The position numbers and the translations under genes were made by a program. A stretch of 58,220 nucleotides of DNA, filler included, from Stramenopiles sp. TOSAG23-2 (Eukaryota): assembly GCA_900128395.1 (NCBI GenBank). It is 3 parts of 3 records of this genome, joined end to end, with 100 filler letters (N's around TTAATTAATTAA, not from the genome) between each part and the next. Parts side by side here need not be neighbours in the genome. Positions count along the whole stretch, not along the records: positions 19,492 to 38,871 come from LT649584.1; positions 38,972 to 58,220 come from LT649586.1; 1 more part is not named here. One strand, 5' to 3'. Positions 30,776 through 41,900 of this stretch are shown piece after piece (within the stretch, counting starts at the first letter, position 1; the number at the start of each line of letters is the position of its first letter). The notes below the pieces were generated by a model. It saw only the letters and a list, made by a program, of their open reading frames with translations, ran no database searches and was not told where the DNA came from.

Positions 30776-33355
30776 TTACATATCTTGCTTCTCACCTTTT
30801 GATTCTACACTCATTGGACTTGTTGGCATTTCATTTACATTTACGTCCTCCTCATCAAGCTCTAATTTCACAGTTTTGCGCGACATTCTCTTTATGTATT
30901 CTTGTTGTAAAATATTAAAACTAGAATTTAATTCATCGATTTCATTTTTTGACGATGTAACTTGTTGCTTATACATTTCTAGTTCTGTAGTCATTGCTTT
31001 CATTTGTCGTTGTTTGTCTTTCAAATTTTGTTGATAAATGGTTAATTGTTCAGCAACTTCTGGACCAGGTTGTCTTCCCAAGATGTTTTTTAATTCGACA
31101 TATAGCTTTTCTTTTTCTTGGATTAATAAATCACGTTTAACGCATTTTTCACTATTTTTAATCAATGTTTTCTGCAGTGATTGTATTCTTAATACCTGCT
31201 CCCAACGATCAGGATCTGAACTCTCAAGTTTTCTCCAACGATGAACATTGATAGGTCTAGCCAATTCTTCGGATAAAAATTTAATTTTCATCCTCTCTTG
31301 TGTTAATTCATTGTCGATTGCCATGGCTTCTCGCTTCATACTATCTGTACTAGTCACTTGTCCTTTGCAGCTTTCTAATTCACTTTGTAACGTTTCGACT
31401 TGATTTTGTAATCCTAAAATTTCAGCAACGGCATGATTGTATTGCCTTTCGCCCCTTGATAAAGTGGAGCGTAATAATTTGATAGAATCATATAATTTTG
31501 AAAGCTCGTGGTTTCTTTTAGTCAACTGCGCGCCTAATAAATCACGTTCAGATGCTACAGATTTCAATTCCTTTTGCTGTCGATTCCGTTCGGATTCCGC
31601 TTCGTTAATAATTTTGTTTAGCTTCGTTATTTCTGAGAATTGATTTGCTGTGATTTGTTCCGAGCTTGTTATTTGCTTCTTGACTTTGTTTACTTCGTTC
31701 CTCAAAACATCTTTCTCCCGCTGTACTTTATGATGTTCAAAATGTTCTTTAACTAAACCATGATCCTTTGTTGTTATCTCCTCTTTTAATGTTTCTATTC
31801 TATTATTCATCATTTTGAAATTCCTTTTCATTTCTTGTATTTCTTCTTGATGTTCTATCAAACTTTTGCTATACATATTCCTATCTGCCCGTACTTGCTC
31901 ATAAAGATTTTGTTGCTGCTTTAAACGTGAGTCCGAATTTGCAATTTTTTTATTTAATTCATTGACCCGCTGTTCCTTCATTTTCAAAGCTTCTACAGCA
32001 GCAAAATAATCTTTATTTGCTTCGCTACATGCTTCTTTATATCTTTCAACGTCTTTATTAACCTGCAAGATTTTTTCTTGTAATAGCCTTGCCTGTGCTA
32101 CGTATCCATTGATTTCCGATTCTAAATTGCGCTGTGTTCCCAATTGAATTTTCGTCAATGCAACTAGCTTTTGCGCTCTATCATCTGCAGCAGATGCATC
32201 TTTTGTGACGACATCTCTTTCTCGTAATAAATCATCCACTTGTTTTCGACGTTTTTCACATTCATGTTTTACACCAGTCAACTCAGCAGTAACTGCATCG
32301 CGTTCTGCTGTGACTTTCACTCGTTTTGTATCTGCTTTTTCTTTATCACGAACAAATTTCTCACTTTTCTTCTCTGACACGACAATTAATTTTTTTACCC
32401 GTTTTAAATCTTTTACAATCAAATTTCGTTCAAAATCGCATTCAACTGCATTTTTCTTTAAGCTTACTAATTCCACCCGAATCTTTTCGTTTGTTTTTAT
32501 TTGTTCTTGCAATTTTACTGTAAGTCTAGATGTTGTAATTAAAACAGTTTCATATTCTTTTAAATAACGCTCTAATTCTTGTTTTGCTAACTCTAATTTT
32601 TGTTCCATATTTGCTAAATCGCGTTTTCCTTGTTTTATATCAATATTTTTGGATTTTACAACTCTAGCAGAGTTTTCACACGATTCTTTTCTTGCCTTTA
32701 ACTGGCCATCTAATTTTGCCTTACGATTTTTTTGCGTCTCTGTCTCATTTCTTTTATCTTGTACGCGCCTTTCTAAATCATTAACCTCACTGGCCAATAA
32801 ACTTTTCTTCTCGTCTTCATTTTGGAGATGCATAGTTAAAGCCCCAACGCTTGACCTGGTTTGCGTTAATAAAGTCCGTTTTTCGTCTAATTTCTCCGTT
32901 AGATCTTCTCGCGTGGATTGTAATCCATTCATTGTACTTTGCTGCTCTTTTGTCCATCCAGAACCATTTTGGAGGCCTGTTTTTAAAATATCTATTTCTA
33001 TTTTTAAGTCGCTTATTCTTATTTTTTTTTTACTTTCTTTCGCATTAGACTCTGCAACCGCTTTCCATGTTCTCTCTATATCGCCTTGTAAACGTTCTTT
33101 ACGCTCACGTCTTGCCTCGTCTTCTTCTTGCATGTCTGCCATTTGCGTTTTTACACTCCCTATATCCTTTGTAAGCTCTTCAGTACGCTTCAGATATCTC
33201 ACTTCGCTCGCATGAACATTTGTGAAGGATCTATGTAACTTCGAAAACTCTTCAAAAACATCTACTAAGGAGTCACCTCTTGCTTCTAATTCTTGCAATG
33301 TTTTTTGCATTTCCTCGTCAAGTTGGAAGAATTCTTCCGCTGATTCCGTACTCAT
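30776..33355 (-). CDS. CFAP58: Cilia- and flagella-associated protein 58 (CCDC147)
   Basis: All coiled-coil; LKQQQNLYEQVRADRNMYSKSLIE, ERDLLGAQLTKRNHELSKLY, RPINVHRWRKLESSDP, LYVELKNILGRQPGPEVAEQL. First ATG is at 33355 (ORF open to 33415). Confidence 0.92.
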   Translation of the reverse strand: MSTESAEEFFQLDEEMQKTLQELEARGDSLVDVFEEFSKLHRSFTNVHASEVRYLKRTEELTKDIGSVKTQMADMQEEDEARRERKERLQGDIERTWKAVAESNAKESKKKIRISDLKIEIDILKTGLQNGSGWTKEQQSTMNGLQSTREDLTEKLDEKRTLLTQTRSSVGALTMHLQNEDEKKSLLASEVNDLERRVQDKRNETETQKNRKAKLDGQLKARKESCENSARVVKSKNIDIKQGKRDLANMEQKLELAKQELERYLKEYETVLITTSRLTVKLQEQIKTNEKIRVELVSLKKNAVECDFERNLIVKDLKRVKKLIVVSEKKSEKFVRDKEKADTKRVKVTAERDAVTAELTGVKHECEKRRKQVDDLLRERDVVTKDASAADDRAQKLVALTKIQLGTQRNLESEINGYVAQARLLQEKILQVNKDVERYKEACSEANKDYFAAVEALKMKEQRVNELNKKIANSDSRLKQQQNLYEQVRADRNMYSKSLIEHQEEIQEMKRNFKMMNNRIETLKEEITTKDHGLVKEHFEHHKVQREKDVLRNEVNKVKKQITSSEQITANQFSEITKLNKIINEAESERNRQQKELKSVASERDLLGAQLTKRNHELSKLYDSIKLLRSTLSRGERQYNHAVAEILGLQNQVETLQSELESCKGQVTSTDSMKREAMAIDNELTQERMKIKFLSEELARPINVHRWRKLESSDPDRWEQVLRIQSLQKTLIKNSEKCVKRDLLIQEKEKLYVELKNILGRQPGPEVAEQLTIYQQNLKDKQRQMKAMTTELEMYKQQVTSSKNEIDELNSSFNILQQEYIKRMSRKTVKLELDEEDVNVNEMPTSPMSVESKGEKQDM

Positions 33356-34151
33356 CTTGATTTCAACAACGCCGGTATTAGACTTTTCTCTGTCTTCAAA
33401 AAAATGTGCACCCAAATATTTTGTCTTCTAGCACACAAATATGAAAGCGTTGTAACAATATTATGTATATTTTATATCTAGAAATGTATTATATAATATG
33501 TTACATGTGTATTTATATTATATAATAATAATAATAGTATTATTATTATTATTATTATAGGTATTATAACTATAATGTTAATAGCTTTTTTTGTGATACT
33601 AGTAGTATACTGATAACTCGAATTAGCTGTTACAATGTTACAATGTCCAAGGGGGATTGCTTACCAGCTTACCGTTATTATTGAGAGAAACGCTGCTGAG
33701 CAACCTGATCTGGCTGACCAGCTGACCCTGCCAGCAAGCTGGCAAGGACCAAAAAAACTCAAGCTATATTTATACTGAAATTACAGCGCTATACCACCAT
33801 AAGCCTGATTGCGATCAGTTTATCTAAAAAACCTGTGCCAATCATGTGCTATTTCTGCAAAGTTGCTAATGCTGTACCTGTATGCTGTCCTGGAATGCCA
33901 GGAATGATTTAATACTGGTGATATCATTATACCAGGTATAGTACCTGGTAATCTGCATTACCTGAATTTTTTAGTAGAAACGTTATTATTTTGCCAGGTA
34001 TGATATTTTTTGATACTACTATAAAAAACTATATAATAATATATATTAGGTATTAGTTTTTAGATTTACTATTGATACTATTAAAATACATAAAAACAAT
34101 AAATTGTACATGAAAAAGGAGACAGCTCACTTGATTTGCTGCAGATATACG

Positions 34152-37100
34152 ATGAATTATTATGTTATGGCTATAATGTTGCTTCTTCTTTTTTTCTCAA
34201 TTCATGTGGTAACAGCACAAATGTCTGTGGATCAGGAAACTTGGCCTAGTAATCAACCATTTACGAAATGTTTTGGCAACGACGCTTCAAGAGTTTGTAG
34301 GCCACATGAGAATGAAGATCCATTTGTCTTTAAATGTGATGAAAACTATTTAAAGCGGAAACCGGTTTTTTTGACGTCGAGTCCTTGGAGGTCTTCGATG
34401 TATATGACATGGATTGCACAAATCATTATTTCTGAAATTCTACACTATCCTGTATACATTTCTCACAACGGAGGTGGAGATCATGAATTTTATTCAAAAG
34501 AAATTGCTTCAATATTAAATACTGTTGAATATTCATGGCGTGGTTTAGAAACTGCATCTGTAGATGTAGAATGTAATGAGGAAGTTCGTCGAAGTCGGGG
34601 GATTTCACCTGAACTGGCAGGTACTCCAGAATGTGTAGCGGTAGATGGAATTGTACCCTTAGGCTGCTATCCGTGTACTCACGCTATGTTAGATGTGTGG
34701 TCAGAGACACAAACAGCAGAAATAGAAAAATATGTATATAAGGATCGTGTTGCAGAAATATCGTCACCGACAGGATATGAAGGTGGTGTTGGATTATACA
34801 TGCCAAAAACAGCGTTAGAGAAAATTAAAGGTATTAGCAGTTTTACTGCCTTGCGAGATCCAGACGTTGCTGGTCAGTTCGGAAGGCTATTAACCTTGGG
34901 TCAATATTGTATGAAAGTTTTTTTAGGTTTAATTCCTCATGATCCACCGGATATTTTAAATGACAATGGCCGCCGTAGACGTTGCTCAGAAGCCGACGTG
35001 GCTGCTAATAATGCCTGTAATGTTGGTAGTTATGTACATGGTGCACCTTCAGATGATTCATTCTGTGAGCTTTTTTATCTGTTTGGTGGGCCCGCAGCAG
35101 ATGCAGCTGGGGTACCTATGACCAGAGAAACGTGTCGTGATGCAAAACCAGGAGAGCCGGCGGATGACATACATATATTGTGTTCAAAATTTACCATCAC
35201 TACTCAAGATATTTTTAGATATCTTTCTCCATTGGCTGCAGAGATAGGTAGTTCACGTTTCGCTACAACAAATCCGCTTTATACTGGATATTTTGATACC
35301 GAATTTGAAGATCCAAACCACCCTGTAGACAAGCTTGCAACAGTAGCAGTCAAAGGTTGTAATTGGAAGTCACCTGTTAATCCTCTTGGAGCAAGATGGT
35401 CCCATGATTATTTAGAGATGGCGAAACAAGATGGTATGCGACTTCGTGCTGTTGATTATGGCGAATATTTGTTAGAAGTTCATGACGCTGCATCTCGAAA
35501 AGCTATTGATGATAGTGTTTTCCAACCTCAATTAATAATGCTTGAAAGACCAAATGCGCAATTTAAACGGTACAAATATCAATCTAATGTCCGAAAACCG
35601 TTTACATTTAATAAACGAGAACCGGAACTCGTAGCAGGGGGTGAAGCGTTTCAGTTGGTTGAAATGAGCATGGCACCTAATACAGAAGAATGTCAAGCCA
35701 GGCGTTTAAAATATTTTCAAGGCCATTGTCCTGAGGATAACGAAGCATCAAAGAACGAGGGTTTAAGTAGTACTCCTATGCAGAATTCATATACATGTGG
35801 AAATTTTAGCGATAATCAAGTAAACCCAATTTGTGCTCCACAATATGATCATTGTGGTTTTAGAAAGTACAAGCCCGTTAAAGTGTTTTCATCGAAGTTA
35901 GAAGAGTACAACCCTGAGGTACATTATTTTTTACGAAATTTTGAATTATCATTAGATGATATAGAAGAAATCTTAGGTCGGGCTGGGTACGATACAACTT
36001 ATACAGCCGCATCAAACACAGATATATCTCAGCGACATGTGGTGTGCGATTGGGTAAAAAGCAACATGAATAAGTGGAATTCGTGGCTTCCATCATCAGT
36101 CTCGTCATCCTCAAAGAACGGTACTGACGCAAGAAGATGTCTCGGAGAAATAGCTCCATCTTACGCTGGTGGAAAATATACAGCTGGGATCATGTGCAGC
36201 GGACATGGTTCCTGTGAAGCGGAGCCTTCCCGTGGTGTCTCAAATTCTTATGCAGGTGTTTGCAAATGCGATCCTGGATACATTGGCGATGACTGTGGAG
36301 CGCTAGGTGAAGGTTTGGATATAAACATTAAGTTAGATGATCCCTTAGTTTTAACCATGTTCAGTATAAACGGTTTATGCTTCATTTTTATAACTATGGT
36401 TTGGATATTTATATATCCAAATCGTAATGAGCCTGTAATATTCTATTGCAGTTACAATTTTTTGAAATACTTAACCTACTCAGCACAAATAGGTTATGCG
36501 CATTTGTATTTTTGGGTTGGTAATCCAAGTGTTATAACGTGTATGGTACGACCACTGCTAGCTATTTTCCCCTTCTTAATATTTGTTGGTACTATATTCG
36601 CAAGAATTTACAGAACATCATTAATATTATGGGGGAAGACGCCACCTCCAAAAATTGTAACTGACGGTGGTTACGTATACTCAATATTAAAAAAAGTTTT
36701 AATACCAGAAGTAGTGATATGTACGATATGGATGCTAGTTGCGACTCCAACGGTTGAAATAGGGCGACCAGAGGGTAGACTGTATGAACAATATGCGTAT
36801 TGCAATTATGGAACTATTGGTAACACATTGTCTGGTATTGCTATAGCATATATCGTTTTAGTTGCTGCTTGGGCTTTTGTTTTGTTAGTCGTAATTTATA
36901 GATCCGACGATGATCCGTTGTATCATAATGATACATTTTTAATGACTAAATCACTTGCAGTTGTTTTGGTGATTTGCGGTATTGGTCTAGCAGGTGGGCT
37001 GATACTCGAACAATTTCCTAACTTATTTTCCGTGCGTTTTGTATTAATATGCATAACAACAGCAGCATCTTCATTATTTGGGCTATATGTGATAATTTTT

Positions 37101-38492
37101 CCAAAATATAAATCTATATATTTGAAGCCTGACGAGAACATTATTTTTCCAGGGAAATTATATCAACAGCAGGTCATGGAAAACAACAAGTCGCGAAAAA
37201 TTTTCCCAACAGAAGATGAAACATCCATTGATCCTAGGGTACTGCGAAAAAACAAGGAACTGCTTAAAGAAAATCTACAACTCATTGAATCGATGCATAA
37301 TTCGGCAAAGGAATTGAAAGAAGCAGACGTTCTATTGAAAGAATATGAAGACGCGAGACAAAAACGCGAGGACATGATAAATGCGACTGCAGATGAGAAT
37401 GCGAATGTGCTTGATGATGTTCCATCTAGAGACGGGGATGGGTCAGAAGACGAGGAGGATGAAGAGGGTGAAGAGCATAAAGAAGAGGAGAACAGTGATG
37501 GTGATTCAGATGATGAAAGTGGTTTTAAAATACCGAGTTATAATATTGTACCCCGATTAAAGGCTGTCGTAGAAGCAGCTGTAACTGAAGCAAGTGAACA
37601 TTTGAGCAGAATGGACGAGGCAAAAATGTCGGAGGCTGCAAAATCAAAATCTTTAGAAGAGAAACGGCGTAAAGTAAATCTAGCGATCGATCAAATAGAA
37701 CTGCAAAGGAAAAAAAGAAAGAAATTGGAAGTTGCATCGCATAATGCGCTTCCACCATTGGACAATATTTTGCGGTACCATAACTTGTTACAATATACTA
37801 GATTATTCAGAAAATTGAAAATGACAACAGCAAAATTAATTCAATTGCAACCAGCTGAAATTAAAAGACTTGGTATGCGATTAGGTCACCAACGTAAACT
37901 GGAAGTTGCTATTAAAAATTTAGTTGGCACCGCACCGCCACCATTACCTACGCCAACTGCAACACCAGCGCCATCAGAAGTGTCTGAACTGTTCGAGGAT
38001 ATCAATGAAATGAGTGCTGCTGCTATACTTTCACGTTTCGAACTTGATGAGCTTTCAGAGAAATTTATAGAGTTTGGTTGTGAAGGCAGTGCTGACTTGC
38101 TATTAATTTCTGAAGAAGACCTTGATCAATTGGGATTAGATGAGGAGCAGTTCGATATATTCCAAGATTTAAAAGATTGGATGGAAGAACAATATAGAAA
38201 AATAGAAATTGAACGCGAACGTAGATTACAGGAAGTTCCTGAGGTTGATGAAGAAGATTCAGTATCTGATACGAGCATGAAGGATGATGATGAAAACGGT
38301 GATCCGTTGCAATTAGAAGATGGTAACCCGCCAGAAAATGTTGCTGTAACTAATGAAGGTGGAGAAGATGTTAAACCTAGTGATAACAATGCAGGTGAAA
38401 TAGATCAGGAAGAAGCAGTAGTGACAGAAGGAGGGGATGACGGTGGTGGTGAAAATGAAGGGAATAAAGTCGAAGTGAAAGTAGAGAAATAA
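34152..38492 (+). CDS. Class C-type (7tm_3) GPCR with glycine-betaine-binding (OpuAC/PBP2)-like ectodomain, EGF domain and two cytoplasmic SAM domains
   Basis: Signal peptide; WRSSMYMTWIAQIIISEILHYPV, MLDVW, GYEGGVGLYMPK, LEEYNPEVHYFLRNFEL..VCDWVKSNMNKWNSWLP; EGF CSGHGSC..CKCDPGYIGDDC; 7TM with NRNEPVIFYCS, CMVRP, IFARIYR; SAM YTRLF..EIKRLGMRLGHQRKL and ELSEKF..LLLISEEDLDQLGL. Confidence 0.8.
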   Translation: MNYYVMAIMLLLLFFSIHVVTAQMSVDQETWPSNQPFTKCFGNDASRVCRPHENEDPFVFKCDENYLKRKPVFLTSSPWRSSMYMTWIAQIIISEILHYPVYISHNGGGDHEFYSKEIASILNTVEYSWRGLETASVDVECNEEVRRSRGISPELAGTPECVAVDGIVPLGCYPCTHAMLDVWSETQTAEIEKYVYKDRVAEISSPTGYEGGVGLYMPKTALEKIKGISSFTALRDPDVAGQFGRLLTLGQYCMKVFLGLIPHDPPDILNDNGRRRRCSEADVAANNACNVGSYVHGAPSDDSFCELFYLFGGPAADAAGVPMTRETCRDAKPGEPADDIHILCSKFTITTQDIFRYLSPLAAEIGSSRFATTNPLYTGYFDTEFEDPNHPVDKLATVAVKGCNWKSPVNPLGARWSHDYLEMAKQDGMRLRAVDYGEYLLEVHDAASRKAIDDSVFQPQLIMLERPNAQFKRYKYQSNVRKPFTFNKREPELVAGGEAFQLVEMSMAPNTEECQARRLKYFQGHCPEDNEASKNEGLSSTPMQNSYTCGNFSDNQVNPICAPQYDHCGFRKYKPVKVFSSKLEEYNPEVHYFLRNFELSLDDIEEILGRAGYDTTYTAASNTDISQRHVVCDWVKSNMNKWNSWLPSSVSSSSKNGTDARRCLGEIAPSYAGGKYTAGIMCSGHGSCEAEPSRGVSNSYAGVCKCDPGYIGDDCGALGEGLDINIKLDDPLVLTMFSINGLCFIFITMVWIFIYPNRNEPVIFYCSYNFLKYLTYSAQIGYAHLYFWVGNPSVITCMVRPLLAIFPFLIFVGTIFARIYRTSLILWGKTPPPKIVTDGGYVYSILKKVLIPEVVICTIWMLVATPTVEIGRPEGRLYEQYAYCNYGTIGNTLSGIAIAYIVLVAAWAFVLLVVIYRSDDDPLYHNDTFLMTKSLAVVLVICGIGLAGGLILEQFPNLFSVRFVLICITTAASSLFGLYVIIFPKYKSIYLKPDENIIFPGKLYQQQVMENNKSRKIFPTEDETSIDPRVLRKNKELLKENLQLIESMHNSAKELKEADVLLKEYEDARQKREDMINATADENANVLDDVPSRDGDGSEDEEDEEGEEHKEEENSDGDSDDESGFKIPSYNIVPRLKAVVEAAVTEASEHLSRMDEAKMSEAAKSKSLEEKRRKVNLAIDQIELQRKKRKKLEVASHNALPPLDNILRYHNLLQYTRLFRKLKMTTAKLIQLQPAEIKRLGMRLGHQRKLEVAIKNLVGTAPPPLPTPTATPAPSEVSELFEDINEMSAAAILSRFELDELSEKFIEFGCEGSADLLLISEEDLDQLGLDEEQFDIFQDLKDWMEEQYRKIEIERERRLQEVPEVDEEDSVSDTSMKDDDENGDPLQLEDGNPPENVAVTNEGGEDVKPSDNNAGEIDQEEAVVTEGGDDGGGENEGNKVEVKVEK

Positions 38493-38509
38493 AAGTATTA
38501 TTTAAAATA

Positions 38510-38615
38510 ATGATATGATATATGATATGATACTGTATGATTATGATATGATACTGTATGATATGATATTGTGATATGTCATATGATACATGTATCTTAT
38601 GCATATCATATCATA
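38510..38615. repeat. Degenerate (TGATA)n pentanucleotide repeat in the 3' region
   Basis: tgatatgatatatgatatgatactgtatga... then reversing to tatcatatcata. Confidence 0.7.
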
Positions 38616-38871
38616 TATTTAATATATCATAATATATATATATATAAAAAATTCTCATATTATATTTTTTAATTGAAGAAGATGCCCTAAACGCACTCTA
38701 TGAATTGAGTCATATTTTTATAACGGGCACCATTTTATTCAACATAATATAATACATGATACATACTAAGATCTCTTCCTCTCTCTCCCCACACACAAAT
38801 GCTTTTCTCCTTTATCCTCTCTCTCCCCTCTTCTATTGCTCTTTCTTCTGTTTCTTTTTTCCACCTTTTCG

Positions 38872-38971
38872 NNNNNNNNNNNNNNNNNNNNNNNNNNNNN
38901 NNNNNNNNNNNNNNNTTAATTAATTAANNNNNNNNNNNNNNNNNNNNNNNNNNNNNNNNNNNNNNNNNNNN
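38872..38971. other. Artificial contig-joining spacer (N44-TTAATTAATTAA-N44)
   Basis: Same linker as 19392-19491. Confidence 0.95.
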
Positions 38972-41900
38972 TGACTCTGGTTCCATTTTGTATTTGATCA
39001 TTATCGTTTCTGCATCAGCTGAGCTCAATTTTAAAAGTGTCAGTTTTTTAAGTTGCATAACAAACGACTCAAAAAAATTACCTAAAGGGCCAATGCGTTG
39101 ATTAATGCATGCGTTTATTCGGTCTCTGTAATATTCTGAACTTTGAATATCATATGCAACTTCAAGAGTTGTCAAATTCGACCAACTATTTCTCATTAAT
39201 TTTAAAATTTTACATAATCTTTCATTAACAGCTTGACGTACGTTATTATCATCAATATTCAATGGGTACCAAAATTTAACATTTAACAAAATAACGTTTG
39301 ATAACTTTTCGATATCCCTTCGCAAAATGAGTGCATGCATTGAGGGTCGATTAAAATCGACGGCAACACATAGTTTGCTAATTCAGATGTTAATCCTGCT
39401 AAACGTTGGCTCGTTTTCCTACGATTTGATGACGACGATGAAGAAGTAGAGTTGCTATTGCTATCAGCACTGATGGCTAACCGAACTTGACTAACGTTGC
39501 TACGAGCTTTGAATTTTGAACTAAACTCTTCAAACCATTCCAATCGATTTGTCGATACGCCGTAGGAACGCCCGGCTAGGCCAGTATCAAGTGCAAACGA
39601 GGAACCTGGCATTTGCGTCTTTCGGCGATCTAGCAATCCATCTCGCGATGTAGACCGTGTCGAAGATTTGTTCGACACTGCGGAGTCTTTACCAACTTTG
39701 GCATCGGTTTGTATTTTTTCATCCCATTTTTTTCCAACCCTTGCAATAGCATCCATCCATGCCCTAATTTCATAACGTTTCTCACCAGAAATATAAATAG
39801 TTTGCCCCGTCATCTGTTCGGGATGGGCTTTATTTTTCTTTCCTGACGTATCTGCAGATGAGCTACTACTAGTATTCACTGCCATACAAATGTATTTTAC
39901 CATTTTCTGCGTACTGCCTTTTCCCCGTTTATACAATTTTGATTTATCTTCTTTCTCCTCCGTCATGACATTGTCTAAATATACCATTCCTAAAAGCTCT
40001 TTCATACGATTTGATGCGTACCATTCTAAAGTTCCAGTCACTTCTCTTAAAATAAACCACCGTCTCTTCCATTGTGTAGACATAAATGATGATTCCTCGA
40101 TAAGAAACCATTGGCTTTTTTCAATATGCAAATCTGGATCATCGTCATCGTCGTCTTCCTCCACGGAGGATGATTTATTATATAAGACGGGACATTCAAC
40201 AACTTGGGCAAAATTACTAAACTCAACATACAAGCTTGGCATATGGAAGACATGGCCATCGAATCTACATTTATTTATACTACTGCTTGCACCAACCGTA
40301 CTATCAACGAAAACATCGTCGAATGACCATGGACTGCATGGGCCAGTAATGACATCTTTCGGGTCTACTGCTGCAACGGGGAACAATCTTAAAGCATGTT
40401 TACCACTAATTAATCTGCCGTTAAAATCTGAAATTGCTAATGCAGCGGAAGCTGCTGGGTATGCAGTGATATTACCCTTATCATCTTTTACATGTGCCAT
40501 TAATTGAAAAACAACCCGTGTTGAGCTGCATAAATTGTGCATAAAAATTTTCGTCTCCATCCACCTAGACGGGCCGAAGCTAATAAATTGACGTTTATGA
40601 ACATGCTCTTCCCGTGTTTCCATCCAATCAGATGGAAACTTTTCGCCTAAGGCGTAAAAACCAACACGTACGCTAAGTCTGTAAACCTCTACGTCCCTTA
40701 CGCCTGTTTTTTTCTTAATTATTTGATAAAATGCATTTGTAGGTAGTTCTCTTTCAGCCCCTAATACTCGAACTCGAAATGGAGCTCGAAGTTGCCTTAA
40801 TGGCAAACATGGCTCTGTAATAATTTGTTGCCTTTTTATATCATCATCACACAGGGTTTCCAAGCCCATTTGTTTTACACCACCGCCAGCAGTACTTCTT
40901 CTAGAGTATTTCGATACACGCCTACCATATGCACTTAGTGTTTCACTGCGACGTTTAAACAATGGGACGGAACCATCCGTACCTGCACCATCAGATCCGC
41001 TACCCATTTTACATTTAATTAGCAATGTCGGATTTTCCTCTGGCTTTTTAGTACTTAAATTTATTTTATCCCAATTCATTTCAATCGAATCTTGCAATGT
41101 TCTTGAACGTATATCATATGCTCGCAAACCATAATCTGGCATCTTCGTCACATTCGAATGTGCAAATGTTTGGACATCTAATGCAGATTCATATGCCTCA
41201 TCTGCAGCTTTTAACAACTCATCAACGCTAATTGTTGAAACAGCCATGCTGACTGGATTATCCCAACCAACTGGTTTTGATAATTGTCCAATCTTCTCTT
41301 TTTCATTTATGTAGAAAATTTGATTTGTCCGTGGCGATTTATAAGCTTTAAAATCTCCAACACGGCGTATAACTAATGAGTATTCCGCTGCTTTTAAAAT
41401 TTCCTTTTCCGTGCTAAGTGGTTTCGCCTCCCCGAATTTATAGCCACTCGGCGCCTTGCCAGCCAACTCATGCTTTGCCCGCTTTCCACCCATTTTTTTC
41501 AGCAATTGTTTTACCTCTTGTGGCGTAAGCAATTCTAATACAGGTTTGTCCCCTTTGCTCACGCAATTAGCAATGTAGTCATAATCTAACATAGTGCGAT
41601 GAAGCGATGTCATAAAATCAAAGAATCCTGCAACTTTAAATGCATAATCGGTAGCGACTGGTGATGGCATTTCACAGCCTCGTTTAATTTTTTCAATCGC
41701 ATCTGTTATAACTTGCTCTACCGTTTCTCCTTTTTTGACACGAACTGTCTTCTTTACATGCTCCGCTACATCACCTGCATGGTTTCCCATTGATTCACGG
41801 CCAACATACCTTGCATAGGATTGATCCACTTTGTTTCTATCAACTAAATGGCATAATATATTTAGCCATTCCGACATTTCCTCTGACGTATTTGGTGCCA

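Noticed and set aside
38770..38871. Pyrimidine-rich tract that could be the 3' end of a minus-strand gene (RKGGKKKQKKEQ*)
   Set aside because: Low complexity and cut by the gap; cannot be supported.
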